Shown here: piece after piece, positions 19,271 to 28,691 of the stretch
How the letters are laid out: each line of letters opens with the position of its first letter
How positions within the stretch are numbered: the first letter of the stretch is position 1
Assembly (NCBI GenBank): GCA_963667465.2
Contig: CAXXDN010000001.1
Span: 192,001 to 256,000 of the forward strand
Source: Dehalococcoidia bacterium
GTDB lineage: Bacteria; Chloroflexota; Dehalococcoidia; UBA2979
Reading direction: 5' to 3'
DNA: 64,000 nucleotides
Made by a program: the position numbers and the translations under genes
The notes under the pieces: generated by a model
The model's database searches: none
Told to the model about the DNA's origin: nothing
What the model saw: only the letters and a program-made list of their open reading frames with translations

Positions 19271-19681
19271 TTGCGAGGGGAGGACGCCACGGCACAGCAC
19301 TCCGACGCCCCGCCCGCGCAACCAGCGCCCAACGGCCCGGAACCGGACGCGGCCGCGCCGCTGCGCCCTCCGGCGCCGCTGATCCCGCGCGCCGACGCCT
19401 CCACCGGCGACGCTCCCGAGGACGAGCCGCCCGCCAGCGCGCCCTACGCGGACCTCGTAGCCGCCGCCGCGGAGCCGGAGCCCGATCCGGAGCCCGCGGC
19501 CCAGCCGGACGCGGGGCAGCGCAGACGGCACCTGATCGTCGCGTCGCTGGCGGCGGGCGTGGGCGCCGCGGTGATCGTCTCCAGCTTCGCAGCCGGCGAC
19601 GTGGTTTCGATCAGCTCGCTCGCCGGGGTGCTGTTCCTCGCCGTGGCCGCCACGCGCTACAGTCTGGCGCGCAACGCCTGA
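19271..19681 (+). CDS. hypothetical membrane protein
   Basis: Pro/Ala-rich N-terminus and two C-terminal hydrophobic helices; start uncertain. Confidence 0.55.
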   Translation: MRGEDATAQHSDAPPAQPAPNGPEPDAAAPLRPPAPLIPRADASTGDAPEDEPPASAPYADLVAAAAEPEPDPEPAAQPDAGQRRRHLIVASLAAGVGAAVIVSSFAAGDVVSISSLAGVLFLAVAATRYSLARNA

Positions 19682-19700
19682 CCTGAAGCGGGGAAGCAGC

Positions 19701-20174
19701 ATGGCCAGACCCGAGCGCACCCGTCCTGTCGAGCAGTTGCTCGTACCCCTCGACGGCTCGGCGGCCGCCTACCAGGCGCTCGGAGCCGCCTGCGACATCG
19801 CCAGGCTGCACCGCGCCGCCGTCACCACGCTGTACGTCATCGAGGTGCCGCGCACGCTTCCGCTCGACGCCGATCTCGCGGGCGACTTCGACCGCGGAGA
19901 GGCGATCCTCTCGCGCGCCGAGGAGGTCGCCCGCGATCACAAGGTCCCGCTCGAAGGCTCGATGTGCCAGGCGCGACAGGCCGGCCACGCCGTCGTCGAC
20001 GAGGCGATCGAGCGCAACTCGGACGCGATCGTCGTCGGCGTCGGGTACGAGCGCCCCTACGGCCGCTTCCGCCTGGGACGCCTCCCGCAGTACGTGCTCG
20101 CGCACGCGCCCTGCGAGGTCTGGCTGTTCCGCTGCACGCCGGGGGAGGCAGCCGACGGGGGCGGCGTGGCGTAG
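19701..20174 (+). CDS. universal stress protein
   Basis: LLVPLDGS..DAIVVG..VLAHAPCEV. Confidence 0.88.
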   Translation: MARPERTRPVEQLLVPLDGSAAAYQALGAACDIARLHRAAVTTLYVIEVPRTLPLDADLAGDFDRGEAILSRAEEVARDHKVPLEGSMCQARQAGHAVVDEAIERNSDAIVVGVGYERPYGRFRLGRLPQYVLAHAPCEVWLFRCTPGEAADGGGVA

Positions 20175-20183
20175 GGTTATGCC

Positions 20184-20588
20184 ATGAAGATAGTGATCAT
20201 GGGCTGCGGCCGCGTCGGCTCCACCGTCGCTACGCGCCTCGACGCCGAGGGCCACGACGTGACGATCGTCGACCTCGAGACGCAGGCCTTCCGCCGCCTG
20301 CCGGACAGCTTCGGCGGCGAGCGTTTCGCGGGCTCCGGCGTGGACGACCGCGTGCTGATCGCCGCCGGCATCCGCGAGGCCGACGCCTTCATCGCGCTCA
20401 CGCAAGGCGACAACCGCAACCTCTTCGCCTCGCAGCTTGCGAAACACCTCTTCCGCGTCGAGACGGTCGTCACGAGGGTCTACGACCCACTGCGCGCCGA
20501 GCTGTTCGCCGACCTCGGGCTGCGCACCTTCAGCCCGACGCGGATCAGCGCCGACCTCGCCTACGACTCGCTATTCGAGGGCCGCTAG
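20184..20588 (+). CDS. TrkA-type RCK_N NAD-binding protein
   Basis: MKIVIMGCGRVG..TQGDNRN. Confidence 0.88.
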   Translation: MKIVIMGCGRVGSTVATRLDAEGHDVTIVDLETQAFRRLPDSFGGERFAGSGVDDRVLIAAGIREADAFIALTQGDNRNLFASQLAKHLFRVETVVTRVYDPLRAELFADLGLRTFSPTRISADLAYDSLFEGR

Positions 20589-20590
20589 CC

Positions 20591-21289
20591 GTGTACATCA
20601 TCATCGTCGGCGCCGGAAACGTCGGCTACGGACTCGCGCTCGAGCTCTACGGCAACACGGACTACGAAGTGCTGCTGGTCGAGCGCGACCGCCAGCGCGC
20701 GCTGCTGCTGCGCGAGGAGCTCGGTGAACTCGCCGTGGAGGGCGACGGCACGGAGGTCACCTTCATGGAGCGCATCGGGGCACGGCGCGCGGATCTGGTG
20801 ATCGCGGTCACCGGCGACGACGCGCACAACCTCATCGCCTGCCAGGTGGCGCGCCACTACTTCGGGATCGGCCGCACGATCGCCCGCGTCAACAACCCCC
20901 GCAACGAGCGTCTCTTCCAGCTGCTCGGCATCGAGGCGACCGTCTCCGCAGCCGCCGCGGTCCTCGCCCAGATCGAGGTCGACCTCCCGGAGCAGGCACT
21001 CATCCCGCTGGTCAAGCTGCGCGCGAGCGGCCTCGAAGTCGTCGATCTGCATGTGCAGGAGGACGCCGAGGCGGCGGGGGTGGCGCTGCGCGATCTCGAA
21101 CTCCCGGAGCGCACCAGCATCTCGCTCGTGATCAGCGGCGAGGGCGCCGCCGTGCCCGACGGCGACACCGTGCTCCAGCCGGGCGACGAGATCATCGCGA
21201 TCATCGACCAGCAGGCGGAGCCGCAGATGCGAGCCCTCGTCAGCGCACCGCCGCCGCCCGGCGCCGAACCGAGGGAGCCGGCCCCGTGA
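20591..21289 (+). CDS. trkA: TrkA family potassium uptake protein (RCK_N plus RCK_C)
   Basis: YIIIVGAGNVG, GDGT, VTGDDAHN, PDGDTVLQPGD. Confidence 0.88.
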   Translation: MYIIIVGAGNVGYGLALELYGNTDYEVLLVERDRQRALLLREELGELAVEGDGTEVTFMERIGARRADLVIAVTGDDAHNLIACQVARHYFGIGRTIARVNNPRNERLFQLLGIEATVSAAAAVLAQIEVDLPEQALIPLVKLRASGLEVVDLHVQEDAEAAGVALRDLELPERTSISLVISGEGAAVPDGDTVLQPGDEIIAIIDQQAEPQMRALVSAPPPPGAEPREPAP

Positions 21290-22119
21290 GCCGCATCGCG
21301 CACCTCGGCCCGCGCGGGACCTACACGGAGGCCGCCGCGCTCGGTTGGGATCCGGACGCCGAGCTGCTACCGCTGCCCAGCGTCGGCGCCGCCGCGGCGG
21401 CGGTCGAGCGCGGCGAGGCGGACGCCGCCGTCTGCGCCATCGAGAACTCGATCGAGGGCAGCGTGCGCGAGACCGTGGACCTGCTGCTGAGCGAGGACAC
21501 GACGCTGCAGATCCGCGGCGAGATCGTGATCGGCATCCGCCACGCCCTCGTCGCCGCCACCGGGGTCGACCCTGCCGAGGCGTCCATCGTCTACTCGCAC
21601 CCGCAGGCGCTCGCGCAGTGCCGCGGGCGGCTCGCCGAGCTGGCCCCGAAGGCCCAACCGGTCGCGGCGCTCTCCACGGCGGGCGCGATCGAGTCCGCCG
21701 TCGCCGAGCCCGGCACGCTCGCCGTAGGCAACACGCTCGCGGCCGCGATCTACGGCGCGGCCATCTACGCCGAGGAGATTGCCGACGCGCCCGGCAACGC
21801 GACGCGCTTCGCCGTCCTCGCGCCGGAGGACCACCCGCCCAGCGGCGACGACAAGACCTCGATCGCCTTCACCACCTACCACGACCGGCCCGGCACGCTG
21901 GTCGGCGTGATGCAGGAGTTCGCGACGCGCGGCCTCAACCTCACGCATATCGAATCGCGCCCCACGCGGCAGGCGCTCGGCACCTACGTCTTCCTGCTAG
22001 ACCTGCAGGGCCACCGCCTCGACGACCTCGTGCGGGACTCCCTCGCTACCATCGAGGAGCAGACGATGTGGCTGCGCGTGCTCGGCTCCTACCCGCGCTG
22101 GACCGCGTCCGACGCCTGA
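21286..22119 (+). CDS. pheA: prephenate dehydratase
   Basis: LGPRGTYT, IENSIEGSV, SHPQALAQC, NATRF, IESRP. Confidence 0.96.
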   Translation: MSRIAHLGPRGTYTEAAALGWDPDAELLPLPSVGAAAAAVERGEADAAVCAIENSIEGSVRETVDLLLSEDTTLQIRGEIVIGIRHALVAATGVDPAEASIVYSHPQALAQCRGRLAELAPKAQPVAALSTAGAIESAVAEPGTLAVGNTLAAAIYGAAIYAEEIADAPGNATRFAVLAPEDHPPSGDDKTSIAFTTYHDRPGTLVGVMQEFATRGLNLTHIESRPTRQALGTYVFLLDLQGHRLDDLVRDSLATIEEQTMWLRVLGSYPRWTASDA

Positions 22120-22184
22120 GATCGCGGACGCCGTTCGGCCTGACGAGCCGGCCTGACCGGGAGAGGGGACGCCGCACCGCTCCG

Positions 22185-23048
22185 ATGCCTGAGATACCTG
22201 ACCTCGAGGTGATTCGCGGCTTCCTCACGCCGGTCCTGCGCGACAACCGCGTCCGCGGCGTCGAGGCGCGCCTGCCCTGGCTCGTGCGGACCGGCGCGGG
22301 GGAGCTGGAGACGCTGAGCGGCCACGCCTTCGGCGACGTGCTCCGCCACGGCAAGTTCCTGCTCTTCCCTTCGGACGACGGCCGCGTGCTGGTGGTGAAC
22401 CCGATGCTGACCGGCCGCTTCCACTGGGCCGAGGCCTCCGCGGCGCGCCGCCCCACCCCCGCGATCACGCTCGCCTTCGAGGACGGCCACGAGCTGCGCT
22501 ATGCGGACGAGCGCCGGATGGGCCGCCTCTACCTCGTCGCCGCGGACGACCTCGGCAGCGTGCCGCAGTTCGCCGAGCTCGGGCCGGATGCGCTCGCCAT
22601 CGACGAGGACGAGTTCACCGAACGGCTGCGCAAGCGCCGCGGTCAGCTCAAGAACACGCTCACCAACCAGGGTTTCATCGCGGGCATCGGCAACGCCTAC
22701 GCCGACGAGATCCTCTGGGAGGCGGGCCTGCACCCGCACCGCCGCGGCGCAACATTGGGCGACGCTGACCGCCGGGCGCTGTACCGTGCGCTGCACGCCG
22801 TCTTCGATCGGGCGCTCCCGATCCTCGAGGAGCATGTCCGTGACGGCCTGAAACAACGCAAGGAGGAGTGGCGAGCGCACCTCTGCGTCCACCGCCGCGC
22901 CGGCGAGGACTGCCCGCGCTGCGGACGCGAGGTGCGAGGTCGCACATCGGGCAGCCGCGAGACGAACTTCTGCCTCGGCTGCCAACCGCTCGACCTCGGA
23001 CAGCGGGGCGCCGTCCCCGCAGCCGCCGACAGTGCGGCGGAGGCCTGA
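22185..23048 (+). CDS. Fpg/Nei family DNA glycosylase
   Basis: N-terminal MPEIP, GIGNAYADE H2TH motif, CPRC..CLGCQ zinc finger. Confidence 0.93.
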   Translation: MPEIPDLEVIRGFLTPVLRDNRVRGVEARLPWLVRTGAGELETLSGHAFGDVLRHGKFLLFPSDDGRVLVVNPMLTGRFHWAEASAARRPTPAITLAFEDGHELRYADERRMGRLYLVAADDLGSVPQFAELGPDALAIDEDEFTERLRKRRGQLKNTLTNQGFIAGIGNAYADEILWEAGLHPHRRGATLGDADRRALYRALHAVFDRALPILEEHVRDGLKQRKEEWRAHLCVHRRAGEDCPRCGREVRGRTSGSRETNFCLGCQPLDLGQRGAVPAAADSAAEA

Positions 23049-23079
23049 GCGGGAGCATCGCGAAAGGTAAGGAGACCAG

Positions 23080-23799
23080 GTGCAAGTCAACGGCCGCGAC
23101 ATCGGTGACGTCCTCGACGGACTGTACGAGGAAATCAGCAACCGCTTGCGCGAGGAAGCCTCGCGCGAGCTGCAGATCGACAGGTTCGACGGGGATTCAT
23201 TCTCGCGCGTGCGCTGGAGCGCCGAGACACCCTCCGTGCTGATCTTCATGCACGAGCAGCTGCCGACCCACGCAATCCCGCACGCCCTCGGCGTCGCGCT
23301 GCAGCACGTGCGGCAGCGCCTCGACGGCTACCCAGACGTCCGCGCCCCGTCCGGGCGGCAGGCCGCCGCCGGCGCGGGCCCGCTGCGCACGATGCTGCGC
23401 GAGCTGGTGATGGCCCCCGAGGCCGAGGCGCAACTCGCCGACCTCGGCCTCGACAGCGAGTGGGAGACGGAACAGCGCCACGAGGCGATGAAGCAGATCC
23501 TGCGGGCGCCGCCCTCCGACTGGAAGCGCGACGGCACGCTCGGCAACAAGTTCGCCGCGCTGCAGTACGCCCGCTTCGAGCTCGAGCACCCCTCGGCGAT
23601 GTGGAAGAGCCTGCGCGACGACATGGAGGACTCGCTCCCGATCGCCGCGGAGCGCGGCAAGCGCGCCGCCGCGACCGTGCGGGAACACGGCTGGGACTCC
23701 CAGGACGCCTGCCTGCAGTCGCTGCTCGGCGTGCGCGACAGCATGGGCATGGAATACATCGCCTGGATCGAGGACCGCCGCAACGGCGAGATCGTCTGA
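23080..23799 (+). CDS. hypothetical protein
   Basis: Strong AAGGAG RBS, genome-typical codon usage, no family recognised. Confidence 0.75.
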   Translation: MQVNGRDIGDVLDGLYEEISNRLREEASRELQIDRFDGDSFSRVRWSAETPSVLIFMHEQLPTHAIPHALGVALQHVRQRLDGYPDVRAPSGRQAAAGAGPLRTMLRELVMAPEAEAQLADLGLDSEWETEQRHEAMKQILRAPPSDWKRDGTLGNKFAALQYARFELEHPSAMWKSLRDDMEDSLPIAAERGKRAAATVREHGWDSQDACLQSLLGVRDSMGMEYIAWIEDRRNGEIV

Positions 23800-23828
23800 C
23801 GCCTCGCGCCGCACCGGGAGCGCCCTCG

Positions 23829-24779
23829 ATGCCGCCGCCCGCTGACCTGCCTGACCCGCCGCTACGGGGCAAGGTCGCCGTCGTCACCGGCGGCGGACGC
23901 GGCATCGGGCGCGCCGTCGCCGCCCGCCTCGCACGCGAGGGCGCGGCCGTCGTCATCGCCGACTACGGCGGCAGCGTCGACACGAGCGCCAACCCGCAGG
24001 CCGCCGTCGCGGAAGAGGCCGCCGAGGCGATCCGCGCCGCGGGCGGCCAGGCCTCCGCCTGCTTCGCCGACGTCTCGACGATGGAAGGCGGCCGCCGCGC
24101 CGTGCAGCAGGCGCTCGACGAGTTCGGCCGCCTCGACGCGATGGTCTGCTGCGCCGGCATCATCCCGCAGGGGACGGTGCTGACCGCCTCCGAGGAAGAC
24201 TGGGACCGCACGATCGCCACGCATCTCAAGGGCCACTTCTCCTGCGCACAGGCGGCGGCGCGGGTGATGACCGGGCAGGGCGGCGGGCGGCTCGTCTTCT
24301 TCGCCTCGCGCGCCTCGTTCGGCAGCGCCAGCGGGACCATCGCCTACAGCGCCGCGAAGGCCGGCATCCTCGGCCTCACCTTCACCTCCGCGACCGAGCT
24401 GATCGCGCACGGCATCACGACCAACTGCATCGTGCCGCGCGCCTCGACGCGGATGATCGACTACATCGCGGAGACGACCGGCCGCAGCGAGGGCCGCCCC
24501 GGCTCGGACAGCGCGACCGGCACCACCTTCGACCCGGACAACATCCCGCCGATCGTCGCCTGGCTGCTCAGCGACGCGGCCGAGGGCGTGAACGGTCAGG
24601 TCTTCGGCGTCGTCGGCCGCCAGATCACCCTGCTCGAGCGCGCCGGCTGGGCCGCCTCGCTCGCCTCCGGCGCCCCCTGGCGCCTCGGGGGCCCCGACGG
24701 TCTGGTGGCCCGCATCCCGGCCGCCTTCGGCGCCGACCTCTCGCTGCGCCGCTTCGAGTGGGAGCTGCCTGCGGAGTAG
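23829..24779 (+). CDS. short-chain dehydrogenase/reductase
   Basis: TGGGRGIG, YSAAKAG. Confidence 0.9.
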   Translation: MPPPADLPDPPLRGKVAVVTGGGRGIGRAVAARLAREGAAVVIADYGGSVDTSANPQAAVAEEAAEAIRAAGGQASACFADVSTMEGGRRAVQQALDEFGRLDAMVCCAGIIPQGTVLTASEEDWDRTIATHLKGHFSCAQAAARVMTGQGGGRLVFFASRASFGSASGTIAYSAAKAGILGLTFTSATELIAHGITTNCIVPRASTRMIDYIAETTGRSEGRPGSDSATGTTFDPDNIPPIVAWLLSDAAEGVNGQVFGVVGRQITLLERAGWAASLASGAPWRLGGPDGLVARIPAAFGADLSLRRFEWELPAE

Positions 24780-24817
24780 GCGCGGTGCGCGCTGCGACTA
24801 AACGCCCGACCGCGCCT

Positions 24818-25432
24818 CTACCGGCGCTCGTTGGGTAGTTTGCGTTGCAGGAGTTCTGCGAGCCGGGCGCGGCAACTGGCGAGGCTCGGAGAGCGCTCAG
24901 CTGCCGCTGCTGGATCCCATTGTCGATCGACGAAACGGCTCAGGGTCGTGCTGTAGAGCGGCCCCACCCGGGCGTTCTTCCGAGGCACGAGAGCATCCCG
25001 CATAGTGCTGCTGCGCGATCTCTCAGCAGCCGCGAGCAGCTGCTTCTTCGGATCTCCGGCCCGATCCGGAGACGTAGGAAGCTGGGCGGCCGTCACGCCC
25101 AGGAACCTTGAGAGACCGCCGCGATCCGCCAACAGCCAACTCTCGACGCTTCGCACCGCGACACGGAAGCACAGCCCACCAGGATCCTCGTCAACTCCCC
25201 AATCGCTGCGGAGCTGTGGCGGGCAGCGGTCCCGATCAAGGTCGACGAGGACGAGCCATCTCGCCTGGCGTGAGGCGTAGCGGTACCCGTCGATCTGACG
25301 CCGCAGCCATTGCTTGCCGCGCCGCCCGTGCACCAGCGAGACAACACCCCCTGCTTCCTCGACAAGCCGCACGGCGACGCGCTCATCCAGATCGCCCTCG
25401 ACAGCGACGGTGACGTGAGGCGCCATAGACAT
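24818..25432 (-). CDS. TOPRIM-like protein (DUF4276-type), partner of the upstream ATPase
   Basis: VAVEGDLDE, VDLD (DxD), ESWLLAD, SPSL; 10 nt downstream of the ATPase. Confidence 0.75.
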   Translation of the reverse strand: MSMAPHVTVAVEGDLDERVAVRLVEEAGGVVSLVHGRRGKQWLRRQIDGYRYASRQARWLVLVDLDRDRCPPQLRSDWGVDEDPGGLCFRVAVRSVESWLLADRGGLSRFLGVTAAQLPTSPDRAGDPKKQLLAAAERSRSSTMRDALVPRKNARVGPLYSTTLSRFVDRQWDPAAAAERSPSLASCRARLAELLQRKLPNERR

Positions 25433-25442
25433 AGGCCGAGCG

Positions 25443-26603
25443 TTACTCGAAGAGCACGAGTTGATGTGCGTTCGGCGGTCTCGTGTGGGGCAAGAGGGCG
25501 TCCATCAGCATCGCGCCGCCTTCGAGGAGGTCATGTAGCTCAAACACATCGTCCGCCTGCCGCACAGTGGTTCCCTCCCCTTGTGGAGTGAGGATCAAGA
25601 TCTCGTCCAGCGAGATCCCTTCGTCGAGAAACAGATCGGTCGAGTGCGTACTGAGAATGGCCTGGCGACCGGTACGGCGCGCCACACTGTGAAGCAGTTG
25701 GGGGAGACGGCGGACAACCTCTGGGTGCAGCGAGAGCTCCGGCTCCTCGAGCAGCACAGGACCGGCACCGTCCTGCAGTACCCACAGCAGTCCTAGAAGC
25801 CGCAAGGTGCCATCGGAGAACTGGGACTCGTCCTGCCAGGCGCCACTCCCCCGCCAATGCAGGTAGCGACCGCGCAGGTGGGGAGCGCCGGACTCGTCGC
25901 GGTACTCCTCAAGCTCCTGCAGTTGGGGTATCGCGACTTGGAGGGCGGCTGCGATGCGCCGCAACCGCGCATTCTTCGTTCGTGAGTTCGTCCGGGCGAC
26001 CTGTTCCAAGAAGTCGCTCCCGTAGGGATCGTTGGCGTATGGCACGGCCCGACCGGGCTCGCGAATCAGCTGCGGGAGGATGTGGAGGTAGCGCACGGAT
26101 CTCAAGAACTCAGATACTTCGCGAAATTCGCGGTTCGACGCGACCTGCTCCAGCACAGTCTGAGTGCGAACTTCCTGGTCCTCGCCCGTCGCGTCTCGCC
26201 CCAACACGAGCTCGCCATCGTGGGTCACACGCTCAGACTCGATCTGGGGCAGCCGACGCCCCCGTGTTTGTTGTCCGAAGGCAACCTCGTACCCCCATCG
26301 ATCCGGGCTCTCCTCGGTCCCGATTCGCACGGACACGCTGACCGTTGGGTTGCGACGGGCCGCCAGAGAACGCACCCGTGACACCCCACCCCGCTCCTCG
26401 ACTGCAGCCTGGAAGCCGCCGCCGACTGCCGCGATGTCCTGCAAGAAGCGCAGGACATCGAGCAGGTTCGACTTTCCTGACGCATTCGGCCCAACCAGGA
26501 ACACGCGCTGCCCAAGCGCGACGGATGCGCTTGTAAAGTTCCGCCAGTTCGTGATCTCGAGATGCGTGAAGCGCAACGCGTCACGGCTGGATCGCGAGGT
26601 CAT
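25443..26603 (-). CDS. ABC-type ATPase (AAA_21/AAA_15-like)
   Basis: NWRNF, GPNASGKSN Walker A, FSDG signature, LLEEPE Walker B, STHS H-loop. Confidence 0.9.
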   Translation of the reverse strand: MTSRSSRDALRFTHLEITNWRNFTSASVALGQRVFLVGPNASGKSNLLDVLRFLQDIAAVGGGFQAAVEERGGVSRVRSLAARRNPTVSVSVRIGTEESPDRWGYEVAFGQQTRGRRLPQIESERVTHDGELVLGRDATGEDQEVRTQTVLEQVASNREFREVSEFLRSVRYLHILPQLIREPGRAVPYANDPYGSDFLEQVARTNSRTKNARLRRIAAALQVAIPQLQELEEYRDESGAPHLRGRYLHWRGSGAWQDESQFSDGTLRLLGLLWVLQDGAGPVLLEEPELSLHPEVVRRLPQLLHSVARRTGRQAILSTHSTDLFLDEGISLDEILILTPQGEGTTVRQADDVFELHDLLEGGAMLMDALLPHTRPPNAHQLVLFE

Positions 26604-26734
26604 GACCGCTCCAAGCCCGCTCACCGCCCGTCAAGTCAGAGTGTACGCCGTGTACGCCGCTTGAACGCCCGCCCGCGCCCCGACTACCCTCGATCCACGA
26701 TCCACGAACGCGCATGACCCGCGAGGCCTGCACG

Positions 26735-28669
26735 ATGCCGACTACCTACGACGAGCTGATCGACCGCGTCCAGCGACCCGCACGCTACGTCGGCGGCGAG
26801 CTGCACTCGATCGTCAAGGACTGGGCTGCGCCCGGTTCGCCCGAGGTGCGGGTCGCCCTCGCCTACCCGGACCTCTACGACCTCGGCATGTCCAACCTCG
26901 GGCTCGGCATCCTCTACGACATCGTCAACCGCCGCCCCGACGCACTCGCCGAGCGCGTCTTCTCGCCCTGGACGGACTTCGAGGATCTGCTGCGCGCGAA
27001 CGGCGAGCCACTGCGCTCGCTGGAGACGCGGCACGCGCTGCGCGAGTTCGACCTGCTCGGCATCACGCTCTCCTACGAGGTCTGCTTCACCAACGTCCTC
27101 AACCTGCTCGAGCTCGGCGGCATCCCGATTCGCAGCGCCGACCGCGCCGAGGACGACCCGATCATCGTCGGCGGCGGCTCGGCCGCCCTTGAGCCGGAAC
27201 CGATGGCCCCGTTCTTCGACGCCTTCGCCCTCGGCGAGGGCGAGGAGTTGATCGATGAACTGGTCGACTTCGTGCGCGACTGGAAGCGCGCCGGGCGTGG
27301 CCCGCGCCGCGAGCTGCACCGCGCACTCGCCGCCATCGACGGCGTCTACGTGCCCTCGCTCTACGAGGCGAGCTACCGGCCGGACGGCACGCTCGAGGCG
27401 ACACGGCCGATCGACGAGGCCGCGCCGGCGAGCGTAACGCGGCGCGTGATGCAGGTGCTGCCGCCGCCGCTGACGAAGCCGATCGTGCCCTTCATGGAGG
27501 TCGTCCACGACCGCGCCGCGATCGAGATCCAGCGCGGCTGCACCCAGGGCTGCCGCTTCTGCCAGGCCGGGATGATCTACCGCCCCACCCGCGAACGCTC
27601 CGTCGACGAGGTCGTCGCGGCGGCGGGCGAACTGCTCGACAACACCGGCTACCACGAGCTCTCGCTGATGTCGCTCTCGACCACCGACCACCGCGACATC
27701 GTGCCGATGGTGCACGCGCTGATGGACGCCTACGGCGACCGCGGCCTCAAGATCGGACTGCCCTCGACGCGCGTCGACTCGTTCTCCGTCGAGGTCGCCG
27801 ACGCAGTGGCGCGCGGCAAGAAGCACACGCTGACGCTCGCTCCCGAGGCCGGCTCGCAGCGGCTGCGCAACACGATCAACAAGCTCGTCACCGAGGAGGA
27901 TCTGCTCAACGCGGCCGAGCACGCCTTCAGCAACGGCTGGACGAGCATCAAGATGTACTTCATGGTCGGCCAGCCGACCGAGACCGACCACGACATCGAG
28001 GAAATCGTCCGCATCGCCTCCGAGGTGAAGGCGATCGGCAGGCGGCACCGCGGCGGGCGCGCGCGGGTGCGCGTCTCCACCTCGAACTTCATCCCCAAAG
28101 CGCACACCCCCTACCAGTGGATCGCGCAGTGCGACGCCGACACGCTGCGCCGCCGCCATCGCATCCTGCGCGAGGGCTGCCGCCGCGCCGGCGTGCAGTT
28201 CAGCTGGGAGGATCCTGAGAAGTCGCTGCTGGAGGCCGTGCTGTCGCGCGGCGACCGCCGCGTCGCCGCAGTCATCGAGACGGCCTGGCGCCTGGGCGCG
28301 AAGTTCGACGCCTGGTCCGAGCACCACGACTGGTCGATCTGGGAGCGCGCCTTCGAGGCGCACGACCTCGATCCGGCCGATTACGCCTATCGCGACCGCG
28401 ACCTCTGGGAACCGCTGCCCTGGGACCACATCGACTCGGCGACGACGAAGTCGTTCCTGCGCGGCGAGTGGATGCGCACGCTCAACGAGGAGATCACGCT
28501 CGACTGCAAGCGCGACCCGTGCAACGTCTGCGGCCACCAGGACATCAACGGCGACTGCACCCACAAGATCGCCGAGCTGGTCGCGATGAAGCGCTCGGGC
28601 GACACCTTCAAGCGCGACCGCACCATCGAGGTCGCCGAGCGCGTCGGCGCGCCGCTCACACTGGTGTAG
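26735..28669 (+). CDS. B12-binding-domain radical SAM protein (TIGR03960-like)
   Basis: RPARYVGGE, YPDLYDLGMS, CTQGCRFC, APEAGS, LPWDHI. Confidence 0.92.
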   Translation: MPTTYDELIDRVQRPARYVGGELHSIVKDWAAPGSPEVRVALAYPDLYDLGMSNLGLGILYDIVNRRPDALAERVFSPWTDFEDLLRANGEPLRSLETRHALREFDLLGITLSYEVCFTNVLNLLELGGIPIRSADRAEDDPIIVGGGSAALEPEPMAPFFDAFALGEGEELIDELVDFVRDWKRAGRGPRRELHRALAAIDGVYVPSLYEASYRPDGTLEATRPIDEAAPASVTRRVMQVLPPPLTKPIVPFMEVVHDRAAIEIQRGCTQGCRFCQAGMIYRPTRERSVDEVVAAAGELLDNTGYHELSLMSLSTTDHRDIVPMVHALMDAYGDRGLKIGLPSTRVDSFSVEVADAVARGKKHTLTLAPEAGSQRLRNTINKLVTEEDLLNAAEHAFSNGWTSIKMYFMVGQPTETDHDIEEIVRIASEVKAIGRRHRGGRARVRVSTSNFIPKAHTPYQWIAQCDADTLRRRHRILREGCRRAGVQFSWEDPEKSLLEAVLSRGDRRVAAVIETAWRLGAKFDAWSEHHDWSIWERAFEAHDLDPADYAYRDRDLWEPLPWDHIDSATTKSFLRGEWMRTLNEEITLDCKRDPCNVCGHQDINGDCTHKIAELVAMKRSGDTFKRDRTIEVAERVGAPLTLV

Positions 28670-28691
28670 GAGGCAGCAGCCCGCCCAGGCG

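Noticed and set aside
26641-26707. Short direct repeats GTGTACGCC x2 and TCCACGA x2 beside the ATPase cassette
   Set aside because: Too short, and not repeated at the other end of the cassette, so not a target-site duplication.
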